A model generated the notes under the pieces. It did no database searches and was not told where the DNA came from. It saw only the letters and a program-made list of their open reading frames with translations. A stretch of 64,000 bases of DNA from an uncultured Bacteroidota bacterium (GTDB lineage: Bacteria; Bacteroidota; Bacteroidia; Chitinophagales; UBA2359), in NCBI GenBank assembly GCA_937907475.1, contig CALCIK010000228.1, positions 5,050-69,049 of the forward strand, in the 5' to 3' direction. The position numbers and the translations under genes are program-made. Every line of letters starts with the position of its first letter. Within the stretch, counting starts at the first letter, position 1. This document shows positions 1-7,457 of the stretch, in pieces.

Positions 1-2
1 TC

Positions 3-2255
3 AGCTTTGCGCAGTATTTTGGCATAGGCAGCCCTGTTTTGGTGGTGCAAAACAAAATAGATGCCACCTCCCATTTACACGACCCCTACCCGTATCCAAG
101 AGTTCAAAATGAGTTAAAAACTAAATTTCCCGCCATAGTTGATTTTATAGGGGTAAGCACCAAAACAGGCAAGGGTTTTATAGTACTGGCAGATGCCATA
201 GAGCGTTTGTTTACCGAAAACCCCACCCTCCGCAACGATTTATTAAACAAGCCCCTGCCCAAAACATGGTTGCAAGTGCGCCACCGCATACGCCAAGAGC
301 AAGAAAACGAAAAAGGCTTAGACCTTATACCTTTCAGCCTTTTTGAACAATGGTGCCATGATGCTGGCATAGCCGCTTCTGCCCCCACCCTTGCCCATTT
401 TTTACACCAAACCGGCGTTGTGTATTACCAACCTCCCTATTTTTCTGGGCAAATTATCCTAAATCAGGCATGGGCAATAGAAGCCGTTTACCAAGTCCTT
501 GACCGCGAAGGCGATTATTTTGAGATATTGGAATATCGCCAAGGAACATTAGATTATACTACCCTATGCAGAATTTGGGCAAAAAATACCAATGATGAGC
601 GTAACTTGTTTATAGATTTTATGTTGAGCAGCGAGTTGTGTTTTGAAACCACCCCAAACAAAAAATACCATACGCCCTTACAAGAGCGCACTTTTACCGT
701 ACCACAAGCTTTGCCCCCCACAGAGCCGCCCTCTATTGCCACAGAGCAAACCCGCCTGCAAGCAAATGAAACTATTACACGGTCTTATACCTTTTTACCC
801 TCCATCTTTATACAGCGTTTTATGATTAGGGCGCATCGATTTTCGGAACATCGGTATATGTGGCAGCACGGCATCGGTTTATATAATACTGATGAAGCGT
901 ATGCCGTAGTAAGGGCAAATTATACGCACGGTCAGCACACCATTACCATTCATTACAATGCAGCCGCCGTAGCCAGCAAATTGCTACAAGCTATAGAAGA
1001 AGAAGTGCAAATTTTAGAAGCCGAAGATAAAGACCAATCTAAACCATTTAAAGAAAAATCGGGTTTTAAAGCATTGAACTATTATCAAAAACCAAAAACT
1101 GAATCAGTTATGTCCCAAAACAAACTTAACCTTTTCATTTCGTACTCGCCCGAAGATGAAACCTTTAAAAAAGCATTTGATAAGCATTTAACAAGCCTTA
1201 GACGAAGTGAGCAAATTGCTACTTGGGATAGCAGTAACGTGTTGGCAGGCAGTAATTTAAGCTCTGCCATAGAAGGCCTTCAAAATGCCCATGTCATTCT
1301 AATTTTAGTAAGTACCAACTACATTTCAGATGATAAATTGTGGAAACAGCATTTGCTAAATGCTATATATCGGCATGAACGAGGTTTTGCCCGCATAATC
1401 CCCATAAAAATTACCGATTTTGACGATAAAAATCTCCCCTTCAGCAAAATACAGGGACTGCCCCGAAATGGAAAAGCCATAGGCTCACCTAACAACAATG
1501 CAGCATGGTTAGAAGTAGCCAAAGAAATTCGCGCAGTGGTAGAGGATATGTTGGCAAAAGGCATTGGCGTTCAAAATAATATACCACCACAGTACAAGCA
1601 AGAAGGACAGGGTAATAACAAACCAAAGGATAACCCATATCCACAGAGCAAAGAGAAGAAAAAAGTACTCTTTATTTGCTCCAGCCCAAGTAATGTGGAT
1701 GTAACCCTAAATTTTGGTACCGAGTTTCGAAATATCGCAGATGCGCTCAATAGTAGCTCTCATAGGCAAAAATTCAACATCTCTATTAAAACCGGTGTAC
1801 AATTTGACGAACTTACACGGTTGTTATTACAAGAAAAATCCGATGTACTGCATATTTCCATGCACAGTTCACTTGAAAAAGGTGGTTTATTATTTGAGTA
1901 CAAAGATAGCAGCTTACAACCGCTTAACCCTGAATCCCTAACAGGTATGATACGAATTGCAAACTACCAATTAGATTTGGTAGTTTTGAGCGCTTGTAAC
2001 TCAAAAGCTCACGCAGTAGCTGTTGCCAGCCTTACTACTGTTGCAAATGTAATTGGCATGAATGATTTAATTTCGGACGAAGCGGCAGCTTATTACGCTG
2101 AGAAATTTTATGAAATTTATTTTGACCATCAAAATGTCTTGCAAGCTCACCAAAATGCTCAAGAATCGTTAAAAGCTAACAGCAGAATTGGAGATCATAC
2201 TATCTTTGCGGAAGTTCCTTATATCCAAAAATTAAACAACCACATACTACCATGA
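3..2255 (+). CDS. Roco-family protein, 5'-truncated by window edge: (Roc GTPase end)-COR-TIR-linker-CHAT caspase-like protease
   Basis: Frame is open from base 3 (SFAQYFGIGSPVLVVQNKID) and is collinear with the paralogue at 5482. Roc G4 NKID and G5 VSTKTG; COR motifs LPKTWLQVR, FLHQTGVVYY, ILNQAWAIEAVYQVLD; TIR LFISYSPED...IIPIKI...PFSKIQGLP; CHAT KVLFICSSP, DVLHISMHS (His codon 1863) and LVVLSACNS (Cys codon 1995). Confidence 0.92.
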   Translation, partial: SFAQYFGIGSPVLVVQNKIDATSHLHDPYPYPRVQNELKTKFPAIVDFIGVSTKTGKGFIVLADAIERLFTENPTLRNDLLNKPLPKTWLQVRHRIRQEQENEKGLDLIPFSLFEQWCHDAGIAASAPTLAHFLHQTGVVYYQPPYFSGQIILNQAWAIEAVYQVLDREGDYFEILEYRQGTLDYTTLCRIWAKNTNDERNLFIDFMLSSELCFETTPNKKYHTPLQERTFTVPQALPPTEPPSIATEQTRLQANETITRSYTFLPSIFIQRFMIRAHRFSEHRYMWQHGIGLYNTDEAYAVVRANYTHGQHTITIHYNAAAVASKLLQAIEEEVQILEAEDKDQSKPFKEKSGFKALNYYQKPKTESVMSQNKLNLFISYSPEDETFKKAFDKHLTSLRRSEQIATWDSSNVLAGSNLSSAIEGLQNAHVILILVSTNYISDDKLWKQHLLNAIYRHERGFARIIPIKITDFDDKNLPFSKIQGLPRNGKAIGSPNNNAAWLEVAKEIRAVVEDMLAKGIGVQNNIPPQYKQEGQGNNKPKDNPYPQSKEKKKVLFICSSPSNVDVTLNFGTEFRNIADALNSSSHRQKFNISIKTGVQFDELTRLLLQEKSDVLHISMHSSLEKGGLLFEYKDSSLQPLNPESLTGMIRIANYQLDLVVLSACNSKAHAVAVASLTTVANVIGMNDLISDEAAAYYAEKFYEIYFDHQNVLQAHQNAQESLKANSRIGDHTIFAEVPYIQKLNNHILP

Positions 2256-3061
2256 GTGAATTTCAAACAATTTTACAGAGTTACCACTATAATAGTGTAG
2301 TGCTACCCAGAACAGGCATAAAGCCACTACAAATGTTGAAACAAGACCAAAAAGGCACTGTTACTTCATTAGACATGAACATAGATGATTTTTTTAAGCC
2401 CGATATTGTGGCGAAGCCTAGCACTAAAACCGAAAAAGTCATCAGCATACAAGATGAACGCAAAGTAGATGTTAATGGCAAAGTAGATATTAGTTTTTTG
2501 GAACAACTACTTGCTAAATTTGGAATAGGCAGTATAAATGCCCATTTTAAATCAGCACCAAATTTTACTATTAGGGTTGGTATCAACAATATTGAAGTAG
2601 ATACAATTGGGCTTGGAACATTAGATAGATTTCTTAGTACTTCCATTTTACAAGAAAAAGAATTCGGGACATGGGGGAAAGAATTAAAAGATAGTAATTT
2701 GTTCGTAATAACCAGTGTTTTGAAATCAAATGAAATAAACATCACCGTTGAATCAAACAGCAGTTTAGACACCGGTGCTGCAGTTAAATTAGAAAACATC
2801 ATTGATTTCAATGCCGGCTATGACAAAACAAATCTAAAAGATTATAGTCTGAAACACGAAAGTGAGAGCGAGCAAATGGTATTCGGAATTAGAGGCGTTA
2901 GGATAAACTATGACAAACCGGGCTTGTTTGACCGCAGTGAAAAAGTCCGATTTACCATAGGAAAAGAGCTCAATAATGTTGTCATGAAAGGCGTAGAAGA
3001 TATAGAACCAATTTGGTTAGACGCTACTAATTGGGATTTAACACCACCTGTTCGCGACTAA
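2252..3061 (+). CDS. bGSDM: Bacterial gasdermin (pore-forming effector)
   Basis: 269 aa. YNSVVLPRTGIKPL, NLFVITSVLKSNEI and MVFGIRGVRI match recalled bGSDM motifs (Runella YSLVAYPKTSIRPL, NFFVATSLLRAKKM, IVFGVKLVRL). Short C-terminal tail after VVMK/G. ATGA overlap with the CHAT protease gene. Confidence 0.88.
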   Translation: MSEFQTILQSYHYNSVVLPRTGIKPLQMLKQDQKGTVTSLDMNIDDFFKPDIVAKPSTKTEKVISIQDERKVDVNGKVDISFLEQLLAKFGIGSINAHFKSAPNFTIRVGINNIEVDTIGLGTLDRFLSTSILQEKEFGTWGKELKDSNLFVITSVLKSNEINITVESNSSLDTGAAVKLENIIDFNAGYDKTNLKDYSLKHESESEQMVFGIRGVRINYDKPGLFDRSEKVRFTIGKELNNVVMKGVEDIEPIWLDATNWDLTPPVRD

Positions 3062-3063
3062 TA

Positions 3064-3135
3064 ATGTCTGCCCCGTTTTTTATTTCCCCCTATCGGAAAA
3101 GCACCCCCGTTACCCCCAAGGATTTATATAGGTAA
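3064..3135 (+). other. 23-codon mini-ORF coupled to the gasdermin stop; possible N-terminal relic of a deleted gene
   Basis: ATG lies 2 nt after the gasdermin TAA; MSAPFFISPYRKSTPVTPKDLYR*. Confidence 0.35.
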
Positions 3136-3181
3136 TAGCGTGCAACTTTATGTTGCTTCGTGTTCTTTGTATTTCACCTCG

Positions 3182-3220
3182 TTTGCTTGGTGGTTAGCAA
3201 CCATTTAACCACCAAGCAAA
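3182..3220. repeat. Perfect 15-bp inverted repeat with 9-nt loop
   Basis: tttgcttggtggtta-gcaaccatt-taaccaccaagcaaa; no U-tract on either strand. Confidence 0.85.
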
Positions 3221-3223
3221 TAA

Positions 3224-3424
3224 AGGCGGGCACAAAACGCACAAAAGTATACTGCGCCAAGCCTTAAACCAAGCCCCCAAGATGATATAGAAATTGTACA
3301 GTTGCAAGCCCGCCTCAGCAGTGTAGAACAGCAAGAGTGCCTGGGTACTATCTCCTATGACAATGCCCGATTAGAGAAGAACCAAATTACCGCCGCCCTG
3401 CTTAGTTGGTTAGGCAAACAATAA
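3224..3424 (+). pseudogene. EAD11-like (effector-associated domain) relic, start-less
   Basis: Open frame with no ATG: ...DDIEIVQLQARLSSVEQQECLGTISYDNARLEKNQITAALLSWLGKQ*. It matches the recalled EAD11 pattern I..L.AR...L......G.IS...A....N.I..ALL. Confidence 0.65.
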
Positions 3425-3426
3425 GT

Positions 3427-3456
3427 TTTGCAAATTTTATTATTTGGTTATTTTTG
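3427..3456 (+). promoter_or_regulatory. Bacteroidota sigma-70 promoter for the second Roco gene
   Basis: TTTG (3427-3430), 18-nt spacer, TATTTTTG (3449-3456), about 55 nt before the ATG at 3510. Confidence 0.55.
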
Positions 3457-3509
3457 TGCAAAGAGAAGGGAAGCCTTACAAAACTCCTGTAATTCTTAAT
3501 CCATAAGCC

Positions 3510-6500
3510 ATGAGCCAACTTGCCTTAGACCTTATAACCCAAGAAGCCACACAAAAAACCGGCTACCTTGAACTGGGTAAATGCGGACTAACCCCCGACA
3601 ACCCTCAGCTGCAACAAGTATGGAAGGAATTAGGTAAACTCAGCCACTTGCAAACACTGATTTTGAGTGATGCGTGGTGGGAGTGGGATGGTGAAAAGAA
3701 ATATTGGAAAGAAAAGCAAAGTCAAAATTCAGGAAACGATAACTTTTTGGCAGAACACCCCGATACGCTGCAAGAATTGTATAATTTAACAACCTACATT
3801 TGCGGGGGATTTCGGGATAATAGATGGCAAATAAGCAAAATCCCCCAATTTGCCAGCCCCAATAAATTGCTATACTTATATTTAAGTGTCAATCAAATTG
3901 CCCGAATAGAAAACCTAGAAAACCTGCCCGATTTGCAGGTATTAGACCTTAGCGGTAACCAATTCACTAAGATAGCAAACTTAGATAACCTGCCCAAGTT
4001 GGAGCGGTTAAACCTTAACAACAACTACCTCACCAAGATAGAAAACTTAGATAACCTGCCTAAGTTGCAAGAGTTAATGTTTGGTTACAACCAACTCTCT
4101 AAGATAGAAAACTTAGAGAGGCTGCCCAATTTGCAGGGGTTATTCCTAAACAACAATCAACTCAGCATTATAGAAAACTTAGATAGGCTACCTAAATTGA
4201 AAAAGTTAGCCCTTGTAAATAATAAAATTGCTAAAATAGGGACTACGTTTGACTTGCCTTGTTTAGAAAAATTAGACCTAAGCAAACATCAACTTACCAA
4301 AATAGAAAATTTAGATAAACTGCCCAATTTACATGAGTTAGACCTAAGCCATAATTACCTCACCAAGATAGAAAACTTGGATAGTTTGTATAATTTACAA
4401 GTGTTGAACCTTGAAAGCAACCAACTCACCAAGATTGAAAACTTAGATAACCTGCCCAATTTGCATGAACTAAAATTTGGGAGTAATCAACTTGCCAAGA
4501 TTGAGAACTTAGATAACTTACCTAAGTTAAAAAAACTGTATTTTAGTTTAAGGTTTTCTCCAAATTATGGGAACGCACTCGCTAAGATTGAAAACTTAGA
4601 TAATCTATCAAATTTGGAGGAGTTATATCTTGGAGGCAACCGCATCACCAAGATAGAAAACTTAGATAGACTATCTAATTTACACAGATTAGATATTTGG
4701 GCTAACTCACTCACTAAAATAGAAAATTTAGACAACCTACCAAATTTACAATGGCTAACTCTTGGTAATAATGGAATTACCAAAATAGAAAATTTAGACA
4801 ACTTATTACTACTAAAAACTTTAGACCTCAGCGTCAATCTAATCACCAAGATAGAAAACTTAGATAAGCTGCTCAATTTGCAGGGGTTATTTCTTAACTT
4901 CAACCAACTCACCAAGATAGAAAATTTAGATAGCTATCTCAATTTGCAGGGGTTAGACCTTAGCAATAACAAAATCACCACCCCCATTACCCTTACCTTC
5001 TTGCGGCAGTTCCCTAAATTGTATTCGTTAAATTTGAGCAGTAACCCCATATCCAATATCCAATCCGAAATAATTTCGGATAGTGATTGTTTACCCACCC
5101 TACGCACCTACCTACAAGACTTAGAAGAAGGCGGCGAACCCAACAACGAAGTAAAAGTACTGTTTATAGGCAATGGTAATGTGGGCAAAACACAAATAGC
5201 CGGGCGCTTGGCGTGGCAAGATAAGTTTGTTTTTAATATACAACACCACTCTACTCATGCCATTTGTTTGCTTAGGCGGCATTTACCCACCACCCTGCTA
5301 CCACAAGGTTTGCAACTCAACCTTTGGGATTTTGGGGGGCAAGCTATGTACCATGCTACTCACCGTTTGTTTATGCGCACCCGCGCCTTGTTTTTATTGG
5401 TTTGGGACAAAGAAAACGAAGCCGCTCCGTACCATATTTGGGAAAACCGGCAGTACAACAATGAAAAACTGCTCTACTGGCTCAGTTATGCGCAGTATTT
5501 TGGCAAGGGTAGCCCTGTTTTGGTGTTACAAAACAAAAAAGATGCCACCGCCCATTTACCCGACCCCTACCCGCCGCTGCCGGTACAGCGGGAGCTAAAA
5601 AACAAATTTCCCGCCATAGTTGATTTTATATGGGTAAGTGCTAAAACCGGCAATGGTTTTAGAGTGCTGGTAGATACCATAGAGCGTTTGTTTACCCAAA
5701 ACCCCACCCTCCGCAACGATTTAGTAAACAAACCCCTGCCCAAAACTTGGTTGCAAGTGCGCCACCGCATACGCCAAGAGCAAGAAAAAGAAGAAGGCTT
5801 GCCCATTATACCGTTCAGCCTTTTTGAACAATGGTGCCAAGATGCCGGCATAGCCACCTCTGCTCCTACCCTTGTCTATTTTTTACACCAAACCGGGGTT
5901 TTGTATTACCAACCTCCCTATTTTTCGGGGCAAATTATCCTAAATCAGGCATGGGCAATAGAAGCTGTTTACCAAGTCCTTGACCGCGAAGGCGATTATT
6001 TTGAGCTATTGGAACATTACCAAGGAAAATTAGATTATACCACGCTATGCAAAATTTGGGCAAAAAATACCAATGATGAGCGCAACTTGTTTATAGATTT
6101 TATGTTGAGCAGCGAGCTGTGTTTTGAAACCACCTCATTTGAAAAATACAATGCCAGCTTACAAGAGCGCACTTTTACCATACCGCAAGCATTGCCCACC
6201 ACAGAGCCGCCCACTATTGCCACAGAGCAAACCCGTCTGCAAGCAACTGAAATTGCTACACGATCTTATGACTTTTTACCCTCCGTCTTTATACAGCGTT
6301 TTATTATTAGAGCGCATCGGTTTTCGGAGCATCAGGATATGTGGCAGCATGGCATTGGTTTGTCTTATACTAAAGAAGATTACGCCGTAGTAAGGGCAAA
6401 TTATACGCTCGGTCAGCACACCATTACCATTCATTACAACCCAGCCGCCGATGCAAGTGGATTACTAAAAGCCATTCAAGAAGAACTGCAAATTTTAGAA

Positions 6501-7061
6501 GCCGAAGATAAAGACCAACCTAATCTATTTAAAGAAAATTCGGGTTTTAAAGCATTGAATTATTACCAAAAACAGGAGATTAAGCCACTCATGACCCAAA
6601 ACAAACTTAACCTTTTCATTTCGTACTCGCCTGAAGATGAAGCCTTTAAAAAAGCATTAGATAAGCATTTAACAAGCCTTAAACGAAGTGAGCAAATTGC
6701 TACATGGGATAGCAGTAACGTTTTAGCAGGCAGCAATTTAAGCTCTGCCATAGAAAGCCTTCAAAATGCCCATGTCATTCTAATTTTAGTAAGTACCAAC
6801 TACATTTCAGATGATAAATTGTGGAAACAGCATTTGCTAAATGCTATATATCGGCATGAACGAGGTTTTGCCCGCATAATCCCCATAAAAATTACCGATT
6901 TTGACGATAAAAATCTCCCCTTCAGCAAAATACAGGGATTGCCCCGAAATGGAACATCCATAGGCTCACCCAACAACGATGAAGCATGGGTAGAAGTAGT
7001 CAAAGAAATTCGCGCAGTGGTAGAGGATATGTTGGGAATAGGCATTTGTATTTTTCGGTAA
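3510..7061 (+). CDS. Roco-family protein LRR-Roc-COR-TIR (no protease domain)
   Basis: About 18 SDS22-like 22-aa LRRs. Intact Roc motifs GNGNVGKT (G1), LWDFGGQ (G3), QNKKD (G4), VSAKTG (G5). COR domain, then a C-terminal TIR ending 10 codons after the TIR helix. No signal peptide. Confidence 0.93.
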   Translation: MSQLALDLITQEATQKTGYLELGKCGLTPDNPQLQQVWKELGKLSHLQTLILSDAWWEWDGEKKYWKEKQSQNSGNDNFLAEHPDTLQELYNLTTYICGGFRDNRWQISKIPQFASPNKLLYLYLSVNQIARIENLENLPDLQVLDLSGNQFTKIANLDNLPKLERLNLNNNYLTKIENLDNLPKLQELMFGYNQLSKIENLERLPNLQGLFLNNNQLSIIENLDRLPKLKKLALVNNKIAKIGTTFDLPCLEKLDLSKHQLTKIENLDKLPNLHELDLSHNYLTKIENLDSLYNLQVLNLESNQLTKIENLDNLPNLHELKFGSNQLAKIENLDNLPKLKKLYFSLRFSPNYGNALAKIENLDNLSNLEELYLGGNRITKIENLDRLSNLHRLDIWANSLTKIENLDNLPNLQWLTLGNNGITKIENLDNLLLLKTLDLSVNLITKIENLDKLLNLQGLFLNFNQLTKIENLDSYLNLQGLDLSNNKITTPITLTFLRQFPKLYSLNLSSNPISNIQSEIISDSDCLPTLRTYLQDLEEGGEPNNEVKVLFIGNGNVGKTQIAGRLAWQDKFVFNIQHHSTHAICLLRRHLPTTLLPQGLQLNLWDFGGQAMYHATHRLFMRTRALFLLVWDKENEAAPYHIWENRQYNNEKLLYWLSYAQYFGKGSPVLVLQNKKDATAHLPDPYPPLPVQRELKNKFPAIVDFIWVSAKTGNGFRVLVDTIERLFTQNPTLRNDLVNKPLPKTWLQVRHRIRQEQEKEEGLPIIPFSLFEQWCQDAGIATSAPTLVYFLHQTGVLYYQPPYFSGQIILNQAWAIEAVYQVLDREGDYFELLEHYQGKLDYTTLCKIWAKNTNDERNLFIDFMLSSELCFETTSFEKYNASLQERTFTIPQALPTTEPPTIATEQTRLQATEIATRSYDFLPSVFIQRFIIRAHRFSEHQDMWQHGIGLSYTKEDYAVVRANYTLGQHTITIHYNPAADASGLLKAIQEELQILEAEDKDQPNLFKENSGFKALNYYQKQEIKPLMTQNKLNLFISYSPEDEAFKKALDKHLTSLKRSEQIATWDSSNVLAGSNLSSAIESLQNAHVILILVSTNYISDDKLWKQHLLNAIYRHERGFARIIPIKITDFDDKNLPFSKIQGLPRNGTSIGSPNNDEAWVEVVKEIRAVVEDMLGIGICIFR
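3861..5060 (+). repeat. Intragenic 66-bp LRR tandem array
   Basis: Repeating (T)KIENLDNLPxLxxLxLxxNQL unit, DNA 'accaagatagaaaacttagat'; one repeat has a 7-aa insertion (SLRFSPNYGN). Confidence 0.9.
5482..7046 (+). repeat. Direct repeat of bases 1-1565 (paralogous Roc-COR-TIR segment)
   Basis: Constant offset of 5481 bp with no indels (1 to 5482; ggcatt at 1560 to 7041); high but patchy identity. Confidence 0.93.
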
Positions 7062-7457
7062 TCGGTAGCAGCGGGTTGTCGGGGATGGCAGGTTTCAATC
7101 TCCATCGCAATATAGCTTTAATACTACCTGCATTTCATTTTTCCTATAAGTGGCAGAATAAAGCACAGAAAAGCCCTGCTCTTGTATGTTACAAAATATC
7201 AGCCTGTAAAAATGCCCTCTACTACTATTTTTAAGACGTTTATACTTTTCTTTGTTCAAGATGAACGAAAAACCCAAAAGTTGCGGTTGCTTATGTGACA
7301 AATTCTTTTTAAACATAAGTGCTATAACTGTTTAAGTGCAAAACCACTATGTTGTGTTTTTGGTGACAAGCAAAAGATAAACCTTTTATAGTAAATTCAT
7401 TCTACCCAACAAACACCCGCTCTTCCTTGTTATCAAAAAGTTCCATCTATTTTACCC

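Noticed and set aside
1110-1560. Thoeris-like or NADase TIR effector
   Set aside because: The catalytic Glu position is His in both copies, and there are no ThsA/SIR2/Macro genes.
3510-5060. Internalin-like secreted LRR adhesin
   Set aside because: No signal peptide, and the LRRs are fused to a cytoplasmic Roc-COR-TIR.
6986-7234. ORF as a frameshifted CHAT continuation of the second Roco (contains KISACKN)
   Set aside because: No DNA or protein similarity to the linker or CHAT of copy 1 beyond a chance SAC tripeptide, and no His motif.
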